Of a stretch of DNA of 64,000 bases, positions 52,889 to 63,699 are shown one piece after another (the first letter of the stretch is position 1; each line of letters starts with the position of its first letter). Source of the stretch: Veleropilina oligotropha (Eukaryota); contig JBEUKZ010000112.1 of assembly GCA_048128005.1 (NCBI GenBank), positions 744,001 to 808,000 on the forward strand, given 5' to 3'. The notes under the pieces were generated by a model. That model was not told where the DNA came from and searched no databases. It saw only the letters and a list, made by a program, of their open reading frames with translations. The position numbers and the translations under genes are program-made.

Positions 52889-53879
52889 TAAGCTTGCGAG
52901 GATGTACTACAGCCCTAAGGGCTACTGGAAAGGCATTGCCGCGATAAAGAAACTAGCTGACGCTGCCAAGGCGTCTGAAGTGGAGGCCCGGACATGGCTT
53001 AAGAGGCAGGCTATATGGCAGATCTATTTACCTGCGCCACGGCGGATTCCAAGACCAAAATTCGACGTCGTAACGCCAAACGAGGTTCACCAAGCCGACC
53101 TCCTGTTTCTCCCCCATGACAAGGTCAGACACAAGACCTATAAGTACGCTTTGACTGTGGTTGATGTGGCCAGTCGCTTTAAAGAGGCTGAGCCTCTGGT
53201 CACAAAAGAGGCCAAAGGGGTTGCTGAAGCACTAGCCCGAATCTACAGGCGGAGTCCTCTTGGCTGGCCGAAACTGCTTCAAGTCGATCCAGGGCGAGAG
53301 TTTATGGGCGCGGTTTCCCAGCTGCTGGCAAAGAATAACGTCGAGGTTAGGCGTGGCCGTGTGGATATCCATCGCGATCAGGGCATTGTGGAGCGCTTCA
53401 ACCGGACGCTCGCTGAGCGGCTCTTCGGGCACCAGTATGCAACAGAGATGCGGTTTGCAGAGTCTGCGAAAGAGGGTCAAAGGTCAACTGAGTGGGTCGC
53501 CCGGTTAGCAGCTGTAGTTGCGGCCTTGAATGGGGAAGTGACCAGGCTGACCGGTAAAAAGCCCAAGGACGCCATCAAGGCACCTCGCGTTGCCCAAAAG
53601 CCAGGCGCCACTGTTCCAGGCCGACAGGGGAAGGAACAGAAACTCCCCTCTGACGTAGATGTTCGCTACCTTTACTACGATGGTGAGCTGGAGGGGGGTC
53701 ATCGCCGTGCTACTGACCCGGTGTGGTCTCTAAAAGTTTACAGGCTTGGACGCTCCGTCACTAAGCCTGACGAGCCTGTGCTCTACTACTTGCTGGATGG
53801 ACCACCGCGTGGCTTCGTTCGTGAGGAACTTCTCGTGGTGCCTCGTGATACCCAGCTGCCGCCGGTTCTCAGGCGTTAA
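52881..53879 (+). CDS. rve integrase (copy B)
   Basis: DDE motifs as in copy A. Confidence 0.95.
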   Translation: MDSKLARMYYSPKGYWKGIAAIKKLADAAKASEVEARTWLKRQAIWQIYLPAPRRIPRPKFDVVTPNEVHQADLLFLPHDKVRHKTYKYALTVVDVASRFKEAEPLVTKEAKGVAEALARIYRRSPLGWPKLLQVDPGREFMGAVSQLLAKNNVEVRRGRVDIHRDQGIVERFNRTLAERLFGHQYATEMRFAESAKEGQRSTEWVARLAAVVAALNGEVTRLTGKKPKDAIKAPRVAQKPGATVPGRQGKEQKLPSDVDVRYLYYDGELEGGHRRATDPVWSLKVYRLGRSVTKPDEPVLYYLLDGPPRGFVREELLVVPRDTQLPPVLRR

Positions 53880-56800
53880 CAACCGCAAATCCTCGTTTCC
53901 GGTTACATTCCAGACACGTTAAGCGCACGTTGTCGCGGGTGTGGCCCCTGCTGTTGTCCACACGGTCGACACTGAACTGCTGTGTGTCCTTCGGGGAATA
54001 TGCCCAGAGCAGCTCTATGTTGCATGCTGCGCAACGGTTGTTTTGGGCCTCTCTGAGCCGCAGGATGTCGTCGACCTTGAGGTTAAACCCCGGGAGTCCC
54101 GTTGCCTGGTCCTGGCGTTTGTATGCCACAAGCTTTTTCTGGATGGTCTTTCGGAGCTGTTGCTCGGTTTGGGGGGGCCTGTCCTCAGAACCCTCATCCG
54201 GTGGACAGGTTACCCGTTCGAGCTGACGCAGCAGCTCCACCCGGGACACGGCTAGGTAGGCGAGATTACTCCACTGAAGGTAGTCGTCGATGATCCAGAC
54301 TTTCTGTGGGTCGTGAATCGTAAGACCCTGGCTCGAATGGATGGTCAGGGCATAGCCCAAGCGCCAATCCGGGGTCAGGATAGCCCGCTCAGCGGCCTCA
54401 ATGGTGACCTCGACGACGTCGTTCAGAACTAGCTCCTCTCTGTCGCTGGTGCCCGGAATGGTTACCATGATGTTCTGTTTTCTGCTGTCCCTGGGGTGGT
54501 ACAGGATAGGCACCATGGAGTCTGGGAAGTGCTCCTTGTGCCTCTGGAGCAACAGCTCTTGAGCCCGTTCGCGGACCTTCTGACGGCTTGTGAGGATTAG
54601 GTCGCCTGGCTTCCAGGTGTTGACGAACCGGTCCCATCCGAGGCAGCTGGGGAGGGTCCGTCGCATCTCGTCGCACTGGACTTTGTCGGGCTGGAGACGG
54701 ATACGTCTTTTCAGGGCTTGGAGGGCAGGGTCGTCTTTCGCCCTGTAGTCTACTTCGATCTCTTCATAGTAGTCCGCGGTCTTTCGCAGCCAATCGTGCG
54801 GCATCTCGCCCGTAATCGGTGGTGGCTGGCCTTGATCACCACAGCAGATAACCTGCACTTCGTGGCGGCGCAGCCAGTCCAAGAACATCTCTAGGATGTG
54901 CCGGGGAACAGTACAGACCTCGTCCCAGATAATGACGCGCGGGATGAACTTCTGACCCATGCGATCAGGCGTCCAGTCGTTCTGGCCGCTCCATCGGAAG
55001 AAGCTGTGGTAGGTCTGGGCTTTGACGCCTCTGGTCCGCATCTCTTTAGCGAGGCGGTGGGTTGGTGTGAACACGACGGGATTCCTTGCCCGAAAGAGCT
55101 CGATCGCTCTCGTAGTCTTGCCACAGCCCCCTCCACCGTTGAGGTAGCTCAGGCGATGGTGGGTCAGTGTGTCATTGTAGCATGGCGCGGTGCTCGGCTG
55201 GCTGGAATTGGCGGCACAACAATACTCTGGCTTGGGTAGGTATGCGGCATGTTCCTGTGGCATATACAGCTGTTCGCCCTTGTCACGCCACTGGGCTGGT
55301 GCTACTGGCGGAAGGTACGGCTCCGCGATCAGACATGAGATGCACGATTTCTCGCCACAGCCGCAGAGTCTGGGGGCAACGTACACCGTGACATCGTCGA
55401 GCTTCTCCAACGAGGCCTTCTTGAGGTAGATGCTGTCAGTGGCTACTCGGACGGCTTCTGCTGCACTGAAACGCTGAAGCATGCTCAAGAGGTTTATGTG
55501 GGCATAGGCCAACATGGACGCCCTCAGGTGGGCGTACTGAGGCTGGGAGCCATCATAGTACGTGAGGATGTGCCCCATAGGGCATCTCTGAGGAGCGCCG
55601 ACCAGGGTACCGCTTTGGCGGGTGTCTCTTACGAGGAAGTCGAGCTCACCCTGGTCGGTCACCAGTCTACGAGTCAATCTTTTGCCATCGGCCTTGGCGC
55701 CTTGGGTGAATTTGCCGATAATGCTGCAGCCCTGGTCACGATTCTCCGGAAGCCAGACATCGGTCTGGTTTTTGAACGCGATGATGGCCTCTCGGATCTT
55801 GAGGCTTTTTAGCAGTCCAGAGTCTACGAGGAAGGCGAGCAGCGGGGTTGGTGCCCATCCATTCTCTGCAAAGTGCTTCCCGAACCATGCTACAATGACG
55901 GGGTGGATGTCTTGTGCGAACTCCCATTCCACGACCTCAGCAAACCCGGTGCCGATATCTTCGGGAAGAGGACCGTTAATTGCGACCCGGGTCATGCTGT
56001 GGGTTGGGTGCCCGAATCTTTCGAAGTACGGCTTAGCCTCGCCCTTCCCCAGAAAGCTTGCAGGGTAGCAGGATTTCATATCGATGCAGCAGACATCGCC
56101 CGTGTCGTAATTCATGGAATTCCACAGGCCGCCGTGGCCATGCTCTACACAGGCCTTCTGGATGTCATCGAGCAGGGCCGCTGGGGTGGGTTTCCAGCCG
56201 TTGGTCTCCTTAGCCATAATGCTAGCTGCATGGTTCACGCCAAAGGCTCGATCGGCTAGGGACTCATTCCCCAGCGCTGTACAGGCTTCTTGGAGTCTCT
56301 CGTGAGCCTCTTTTGTCCGGTAAGTGCGGCCATCTTGCAGCACGAACTGGTCCACGCCGAGCTGTCGGTCTTTACCGCCTAGGAGCCAGACAGCCAATGG
56401 CTCATTCTGTGTGGCTTGTCGAATAGCTTCCCAGACATCGCCCTCATACAGGTGGACCTCTCTACTTTGCGGGAAGTGTAGGTCCTTCGACCAGGCGTGG
56501 CCGTTGTGACAGATGAGTTCTATGGACTTCCACATACTGGCCTGGTATTTCCCACTGTTGTAGATGTCGGCACCTGCAATGTCTCTCAAGGTGATCGCCC
56601 GTTTGAGGATCTTCTCGAGGGTAGCTATATCATCCACAGTGGCGCCTGTTACATGGACTCGCTCTTCCCACTCCAGTATTTTCTGCCGCCTTGTCGGGGT
56701 GAGTCCGTGTCCTCTAAGGGCACCTTCGAAGTGCTCAACCACTCGTTGGGCAACGCAGTTGAGGTCGCCGTTCTTCATCGGAACCAGGTTGGCGGGGTTT

Positions 56801-57735
56801 GGTTCTCTGAGAGGATAGACGCCGTAGACGACTGCAGTGACCGGGTAGGCATTCTCGTAGTAGACCTTGTCGACCCCAGTGATAGCACCCGGCTTAGTGT
56901 CCTGAGAGATCTCAAAGACACCCTGGCCCTTCTTCCTCGCAGCTTTCACCGGGTCAAACTTGTCTTCGACCACCCAGTCACCTTCACCCCACTCACGCAA
57001 GAACTTTATTCTAAGGACATACTCGCCCTTTGGAAGGGCTGTGAGGAGCTGTGCCGCCCTTGCATCTGTCATACGGGCATCCAGGGCCAGCCGTCCAGCC
57101 ACTTCTACCCTCCATGTGGAGAAAGCCGCCGCGGCGCCATCGACCTCAAACTCGTCTTTGGCGTCGCTCAAGAGTTCCACCCATGGCTCTTTTGCTGGGA
57201 GCCTTACTGGGGGAGGGACCTGGTCATCCAGGTCGATGAATCGTTGTCCCTCGGGTGTGGTAAATTGCCCTAGAAGATCCTTCTGGTAGTCCTGGGCTGT
57301 CCGGGGCGTTTTGGAGATGAGAAGATCGGGCCCCTTCCGAGCAATAGCATGGGCAAGGGTCTCTTTCCGAGACCGCTTGACGATTCGATCCGTGATGGCG
57401 CGAAGTGGCTTCAGTCGAATCCTGGGATTTTTCTCAGCCTGGGATTCGTATTTACGAGCCTGCAGGGCGGCGTCGACCTCGTCCTTAATCTGCCGCAACT
57501 CGCGAGCACGTCGGCCTCTTTTGTGGGGGTTCTCCACATCTCCACGTATGGAGGGGAACCTTCCAGTCTTCATCGCCCGCTCGAGTCTCCTCCGAAACTC
57601 CGCAGCACGGACCCTGGCGATTGCCCTGACGAGGTCGTGCTTCTTGAGCTTCGACCGAGCGGGAATCCCATAATCTTTCGCTAGATTGCGCAGGTCATCC
57701 ATGTTGCTGGGGGGGTATACACTACGCCAAATCAT
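53869..57735 (-). CDS. Replication polyprotein OTU-like/PolB/SF1 helicase/HNH (copy B, 1288 aa)
   Basis: All motifs as in copy A; stops right after the HNH domain. Confidence 0.88.
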   Translation of the reverse strand: MIWRSVYPPSNMDDLRNLAKDYGIPARSKLKKHDLVRAIARVRAAEFRRRLERAMKTGRFPSIRGDVENPHKRGRRARELRQIKDEVDAALQARKYESQAEKNPRIRLKPLRAITDRIVKRSRKETLAHAIARKGPDLLISKTPRTAQDYQKDLLGQFTTPEGQRFIDLDDQVPPPVRLPAKEPWVELLSDAKDEFEVDGAAAAFSTWRVEVAGRLALDARMTDARAAQLLTALPKGEYVLRIKFLREWGEGDWVVEDKFDPVKAARKKGQGVFEISQDTKPGAITGVDKVYYENAYPVTAVVYGVYPLREPNPANLVPMKNGDLNCVAQRVVEHFEGALRGHGLTPTRRQKILEWEERVHVTGATVDDIATLEKILKRAITLRDIAGADIYNSGKYQASMWKSIELICHNGHAWSKDLHFPQSREVHLYEGDVWEAIRQATQNEPLAVWLLGGKDRQLGVDQFVLQDGRTYRTKEAHERLQEACTALGNESLADRAFGVNHAASIMAKETNGWKPTPAALLDDIQKACVEHGHGGLWNSMNYDTGDVCCIDMKSCYPASFLGKGEAKPYFERFGHPTHSMTRVAINGPLPEDIGTGFAEVVEWEFAQDIHPVIVAWFGKHFAENGWAPTPLLAFLVDSGLLKSLKIREAIIAFKNQTDVWLPENRDQGCSIIGKFTQGAKADGKRLTRRLVTDQGELDFLVRDTRQSGTLVGAPQRCPMGHILTYYDGSQPQYAHLRASMLAYAHINLLSMLQRFSAAEAVRVATDSIYLKKASLEKLDDVTVYVAPRLCGCGEKSCISCLIAEPYLPPVAPAQWRDKGEQLYMPQEHAAYLPKPEYCCAANSSQPSTAPCYNDTLTHHRLSYLNGGGGCGKTTRAIELFRARNPVVFTPTHRLAKEMRTRGVKAQTYHSFFRWSGQNDWTPDRMGQKFIPRVIIWDEVCTVPRHILEMFLDWLRRHEVQVICCGDQGQPPPITGEMPHDWLRKTADYYEEIEVDYRAKDDPALQALKRRIRLQPDKVQCDEMRRTLPSCLGWDRFVNTWKPGDLILTSRQKVRERAQELLLQRHKEHFPDSMVPILYHPRDSRKQNIMVTIPGTSDREELVLNDVVEVTIEAAERAILTPDWRLGYALTIHSSQGLTIHDPQKVWIIDDYLQWSNLAYLAVSRVELLRQLERVTCPPDEGSEDRPPQTEQQLRKTIQKKLVAYKRQDQATGLPGFNLKVDDILRLREAQNNRCAACNIELLWAYSPKDTQQFSVDRVDNSRGHTRDNVRLTCLECNRKRGFAVVNA

Positions 57736-57750
57736 TTCTCTAATAGGAAA

Positions 57751-58026
57751 TTACGTGTGGTAGATTGCAGCCATGCGGCGAAACTCTCTCTGGAAGGCCC
57801 TTTTCTTTCGTTGCCAGTCCTTAACGTCTTCATTCTGATACCCACAACCCCGGCACAACGTAAACCGGTTAAAGACGCCTTTGCCGCATTTGATGCAGGG
57901 CTTTGTGCCCCAGCCATTTCGCCGTAGCCGAGCCAGGTGGACTTTGCAATACGTGTTCAGACATCTCTTACCACATAGCTCCGTGGAGCTGATGGTGAGC
58001 CATTGACAGGTGTCCGTTCCCCACAT
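57751..58026 (-). CDS. Small double zinc-finger protein (copy B)
   Basis: Same Cys/His spacing as 6906-7205. Confidence 0.75.
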   Translation of the reverse strand: MWGTDTCQWLTISSTELCGKRCLNTYCKVHLARLRRNGWGTKPCIKCGKGVFNRFTLCRGCGYQNEDVKDWQRKKRAFQREFRRMAAIYHT

Positions 58027-58174
58027 CGTATCCTTTGCATTGGATATACCCGTCCGATGGGTATGTCTAAAAGAGAGCCCGGGCCGGCGAGGGTTGTGGG
58101 CCGTCCCTACGGGCTCTTACTACATACTACTATATCGGCATGTTAGACGTTGTGTAGTTATACTTGAAAGCAAC

Positions 58175-58363
58175 ATGCCGCAGGAAGACATTCCTACGCT
58201 GTACAGCGAACGGAGCTTCAGGCGCGTTAAAAACCTCTTAAACCGGGGCTATAACGTTTTGATCGTTGTACTCGACAATGGTGAACAAGCGATATATAAG
58301 AAGAAGACCAAAGACGGTAGAAAGGGAGTTGCACGAAATCAAACGCTGGCGGGCCCTCAGTGA
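58175..58363 (+). CDS. Copy-B-specific small ORF (62 aa)
   Basis: ATG-started ORF MPQEDIPTLYSERSFRRVK... in a segment absent from copy A. Confidence 0.4.
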   Translation: MPQEDIPTLYSERSFRRVKNLLNRGYNVLIVVLDNGEQAIYKKKTKDGRKGVARNQTLAGPQ

Positions 58364-58428
58364 TGTCCTGTAGCCTTCGCCGGGCTGCTATTTTGCCATT
58401 CTAAAAAGTCCAATCACCCCCCCTGCTG

Positions 58429-58736
58429 ACTATTCTAAGCTACCCTAGTTTGTACACACGGTGACTTTTTGTAATACAATCCCCACCCTGGGGTCTGAAA
58501 TATAGCTGGGAGCCTTCCCGGTCGCCCCGGGGCCCTAGTCTAAACTCCCTAGCCCTCCACAGTAATACCAGCTCAGTTCTGAAATGGTGCTGGGCGCTGT
58601 ATTTTCCCATTCTAAAAAGTCCAATCACCCCCCCTGCTGCTGAGTTGAGATCCATATTAATTCTGAAAAGTGCTGGGAGCCTTAATTTCCCTCGCCGCGC
58701 CCCCAGATAAAAGGTATGGTCACCCCCCCTGCTGCT
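58429..58736 (-). repeat. Right TIR of copy B
   Basis: Ends CCCCCTGCTGCT followed by TSD ACCAC. Confidence 0.92.
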
Positions 58737-61267
58737 ACCACTTTCATAGTATTTCACTGATATCGCAGTCGGAATCCACGGTTTAACATCGCTATAAAAA
58801 AATCAATAAAGGAACTTTAAAAGACGCGCAAACTACTAAAACCTCCATGTCTTATATATTTGCCCATGACGCGGCTTCAAGCCCTGATCGGGCATTCATT
58901 TGTATTACTATAATTTAGGCAAGACTTATAGGGAAGGATGCGCCAATAAGTTACAAGGCAATAGCCATTTAGAACCGATATTGAAGCTCCATATACAGTA
59001 CTGTTTTAAACATGGACGACGAAGTATCGATCAATGTTGTGCAATAATTCCTTTTGTCCTATGACCGTTCGTTGCCTCAAAACAAAGACAACAACAATTG
59101 CGCATAATCGATTCTTGGTATGACTATTGGACCCGTTTCCGCATACAACCCTGATTTTCGCCCTTTGAAAAGATACTTTACTCTAATCTACGAAATAATG
59201 CATTGCAAAATAAACAGAGGATTTCATATGAGTGTAATATTCAGTAATAATTAATGTCGCATTTCATTTCGTGTCGTTCTTGTGCGGTACGGAAATGCAG
59301 AATATACCGTCGCTCGCTCCGCTTGCTCGCACCGCTTGCTCGCACCGCTCACCACGCGTGCGCTGCGTAACAACCTTGCCGCTACAGGTAAATAGGTTAT
59401 ATATAGAGTTACGAACGTTATAACCTTTATTAAATAAGTGTTTTATTTCATTACGAAAGAAAACCTGTTACATACCCCCCCCCCGGGCCAGAATATATCA
59501 CTTCCATCATTTAAATAATGCCAAGGAGGACTGCGTAACTAGTCTGCGGCTACCGCCGCATCATTCGGCGGCCTCCGGCCCGCCTCCGTCGGCCGCGCTC
59601 GCTACCGCTCGCTGAGCAGGTCCTCAAGCTCCCGCCCTCCGCTCCGCTCGGGCTCCCGCACTGTGTGGTTCTGGTTAGTATTTTATATAATGTCAATGTC
59701 AAATAGCTTTTATTTAAAGAGGAAATAAAGTGACGGGATTTATCGATCCCTTCGTACTTACGTTGACTATACATGGATTGATAAAAGCGTGACTGATCCT
59801 GATCTTCTATGTTGCAGGGACAAGTTATTTTTTTAATTATTATTTGGAAATACAGACTAATTTATTAAAAACACAAGTAGGTATTATTTGGACTAGGGGG
59901 GTATAGTCCGGTCAAGGCCAAACAATATCCCGGGGTATAAACCAGTCTGTGTTATTTTCAACCCCGGGGTATAGTTTGGCCCAGACCAGACTCTACCCGG
60001 GTATAGATTGATGGAAGGTGAATATAGCCTATTACACCGGTAAACGTGCTCGGCCGCATACGAAAAGTGCCGTCCAAGTCAAAACAATACAACCTGTCGC
60101 GAGTATATATATGCAATAAAGGCATTAACTAAACGTGAATATAAGGGTGAATCATACTTTTTTCAATTTTATGACCTCTCGTCCGTGGGACTGCGAGTGA
60201 TATGATAATATATGATCGTAAAAACATTGGCGCATCACTTATATTACATAAATAATAGTTTTATTTTCGTTTTCATTTATATACATTTATAAAAGTATAC
60301 TAAAATAAATAATATATCATGTTTCAGTTCGAGTATTTGAGATATTGGCATTCCATAGTGAGCTATCAGCTGAGCTGATGACTCTCGAGCAATCAGCTCA
60401 GCTGTTAATTATCGTCTGCGGTGGGCTTTACGGACAACTGTTATTCATAACCTGAACAAATAATGTCATGTCCCAGCAGAGGTTTGAACGCACCATTGTT
60501 TGCGTTAGCGGAATCAAGCCAGTGATTTTTCGGAGTCCACAACCGACACCACACAGCTGTCGAAGCGGCCGATAAGGTTCCGAAGCTTTCAGGTAAAAGG
60601 TGGCAACTTTTTAGTCTATTTGGGAAAATCAAATGGCACCAATCCACCAACTGCTTAATACACCTACCAAATTGCGTATAAATATATGTTGACCGGTTAA
60701 TGAGATACGCTCCGGAAAAGGTAATATGCACGGACTGACAGACATGCGGACGCACGGATGGTTTGCATTTTAATATTCAATTCATTAATGAAGGAAAAGA
60801 GTTGTGTCTCAGAAATGTTCTCTTGCATTAAATTTTGGCAAATTGTTAACCTTGTGAAATTGTCCAAAACTGGTGTGTGCGTATCTTTTTTGGAGGTCAG
60901 ATTTTAAAAGTATAATAGATATTATAGAGTGGTATAAAATAAACATACTAGTATTAATGTTTTGACGTCGGCGACACTGGTAGTTAAAATGCCACCCTTA
61001 CTGCGGTATTTTCAGTATGTCGTCCCACGTTCGCACACAGGCCCATATATATTATATATGCCATGTACTCGGACCAAGAGACAGTGCAATGCTACAGGAA
61101 TGTCGTTTGTAAATAGTCATAACGTAGTTGAAATATGGACGATGTATATTATAGGTGTCATGTTGTAATTAATGCACCGTGCTGCTGAAATTTGGTGTGA
61201 ACGCGAAGAGGCAACATATGTTTTGTGTCCCAAACATTTCAAATATCGACAACAATAGGCCTATTAC

Positions 61268-61677
61268 CTGAACCCGTGGTGTTCTGGTATGTTAGCAGTT
61301 TCGGCTTCCACAATTCCAACTTGCGGATGACTATCGTCGTACCACAGCTGGCAATACAGCCTGGGATTTTCTTCACGTAACTTTATGGCAATTATTCGGA
61401 CGAGGGGTTTGTTAGCCCTTTCCCTATCGATGAACGCAGAATATACGAAGACGTCTTTGATAACTTGTTTCCATCGTCTCCGGTTATCCACTGGAATCTT
61501 CACGTTCATGCACCCATTGCCACTCGCGTAATGCACTGTGCCGCTCGCCATGTCCACGGTCATTGTCGTATTTAGGAGTATCTCAACATTATCGGATCGC
61601 GACCAAAATCCATAGTACCGCAATGAAATGAGCAGACATAGAGCCGATAAAATTAAAAGAGACTTCCTCTTTTTCAT
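61268..61677 (-). CDS. Host GT92 glycosyltransferase gene, exon 1
   Basis: Type II signal anchor MKKRKSLLILSALCLLISL, FVYSAFID, LYCQLWY; donor AG|GTAATA splices in frame to 34050 giving IPEHHGFR-YTAAFVTCPL (442 aa total). Confidence 0.85.
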
Positions 61678-62254
61678 GGTGCATTTTCACCAAACGTATA
61701 TATATGTCTACACGCATAAATAGCTTTAAATAGGCACGTAAGTGCACATAGCAACCCCGCCTTGTTCATTCGATTAGACGGATCGGTTGACATCCTTTCT
61801 TTTACACATTCGATACAAAGGATGACCTATTAAGTATACATTTGAACGTATTCATGTTAGTTGTGTGAGCAACTTTACCTTGAAGTAATATTTGCTTAAT
61901 GACTTTGTATCCCCTATATGGATAACTAGGTCCCGTGCGTGAATTGGCATTAACGGATAATAAAATATATTGTAAACATTTATGATCTATCCAAAACGAG
62001 ACTATCCTCTCACGCGAAATCATAGTAGATAAACAAACCGTTGCTAGTGAATATTGATCCAATTGTATGGAACACCATAGCAGCCATACGATAACTGTTG
62101 TATCAGATTATATAGTGGATAATGGTCATCTTATATATGGCATGACCACAGCAAAATATGCAATCAAGTATTACAGCATGTGTACATCATATTATGTACT
62201 GACCATATCATATTAATATTGTAGTATCAGCTATATACAAGGATTACTCACCTC

Positions 62255-62292
62255 ACACACGCACGCACGCACGCACGCGCGCGCGCGCGCGC

Positions 62293-62360
<68 letters not shown>
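62255..62360. repeat. Compound microsatellite (GCAC)n(GC)n(AC)n
   Basis: Directly visible. Confidence 0.9.
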
Positions 62361-62366
<6 letters not shown>

Positions 62367-62371
62367 TATGT

Positions 62372-62874
62372 AACAATGATTTCGTCTAGATCTACAAAAG
62401 CTATATATTTGTTAACAATGATTTCGTCTAGATCTACAAAAAGCTATATATTTGTTAACATACCGATAACGGCTTAAACAATCATTTAACATTGCCAATT
62501 GGCCGAAACAATGAATTTCAGGTGGGTGGCCAGATCCCTCTACTGCATGATGTCAACTAAACCTTTTTGGTATTGCTCAATAACACGTGCAACATTCGAA
62601 GCAGGACTGTGGTTATAAAATGTAAAACTGTAGCCCCGAATAGCCCATTCATTTACACCATATTAATAAATTCTTCGATACGTCTGTAATTACGATTCAA
62701 TGACGATACACAAACCCTGAACTTTGAATATTCACCCCCTTGAAACCGTCACTGTCATGTTCTTTCTCTAACGTTAGAACGTCACTAGCATTTTCGCATT
62801 TTCCTGCAACCATATTCACTGCGATTGGTTTGGAATTCCGACTTAGTGGTCACGTCACGAAAGCAGCCGTGTGC
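62372..62874 (-). pseudogene. Degenerate paralogous copy of GT92 exon 2
   Basis: Aligns by eye to ~33570-34050 with an acceptor site, deletions/frameshifts and a ~42-bp tandem duplication; truncated at the microsatellite. Confidence 0.82.
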
Positions 62875-63553
62875 CTGCGAACGCAATGGTATACATCATT
62901 AAAACATTTATGTGACCTAATCTATATTGTTCTGGGCTGTTGTTTATTATTAATTATTAGTTTATTATAGCTTTAAGCACACTACATGCTTGTAGCCAAA
63001 AATAATAATTTTACAGACAGGCAAGTAAATGTGTTTTGCTAAAAGCAAAACGTATCAAGTAAGTATAAAATAAATGGATAAATACATTATAGTAGAAGGA
63101 GTAATTAGGATGTTATACATGAATAAGATTATATATATAATAGTATATCTACCTGAATAATATTATATATATAGTTGTATATCTATATAAATATACAGTT
63201 TTTATGACATGGTCATTAGTCTTACGTACTAACATACAGTATCAATAATTCATAATAATAATAGTAAATAGCAATTAATTAGAGTATACAGATACATATA
63301 ATATACATATATAAAATGCAATATACAATAAAACATCATCTGCACATTCACTCATAAGATATTGTACATCAAATTATTGCTGGTTTCTTAATAATAGCGC
63401 GTGTTTTAGAAATATGCCCAAGCTGGTGATCGTTTTAGTTGAATCAGTTGACATTAAGTTGATAAATTTTTGTTTGGTTGGCCAACGTGTGAAATATTTG
63501 GGAAGGTGTTTCATACGCACTTCTCTATATTTGGGGCACACTAATATATATAG

Positions 63554-63699
63554 AATACTACACTGGTTGTTGATAGATACCATTTTTACGTGACGAGTAT
63601 ATGTCTGACGGTATCTAAACGAGCGAAAGCGAGTTTAGATACCGTCAGACATATACGAGTCACGTAAAAATGGTATCTATCGACAACCAGTGTAGTATT
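63554..63699. repeat. 146-bp near-perfect palindrome (fold-back element)
   Basis: Arms AATACTACACTGGTTG...GGTATCTAAAC and its complement around GAGCGAAAGCGA. Confidence 0.88.

Larger units (their letters stand above)
42813..58736. mobile_element. Endogenous Polinton/PLV-like dsDNA virus, copy B (15924 bp), inverted relative to copy A
   Basis: 308-bp TIRs, 5-bp TSD ACCAC (42808-42812, 58737-58741), same gene set and order as copy A. Confidence 0.95.
42624..60040. mobile_element. Non-autonomous TIR element (CCGGTGTAA ends, TA target) interrupted by virus copy B
   Basis: TA|CCGGTGTAACAG at 42624 and CTATTACACCGG|TA at 60040; subterminal CCCGGGGTATA-type repeats at both ends; hairpin at 42677-42724. 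Confidence 0.72.
34891..60428. mobile_element. TIR DNA element (70-bp TIRs, TA or TWA target) inflated to 25.5 kb by nested insertions
   Basis: 34891-34960 is an imperfect inversion of 60359-60428; the two flanks join to rebuild one SINE matching 32813-33045. Confidence 0.8.

Noticed and set aside
6515..58736. Copies A and B as arms of one giant inverted repeat, or an assembly duplication
   Set aside because: Each has its own distinct TSD and flanks, and they differ in modules and many SNPs
63374..63545. Short ORF with CPKYREVR...KFINLM
   Set aside because: Looks like the 3' remnant of a LINE ORF2; too short to classify
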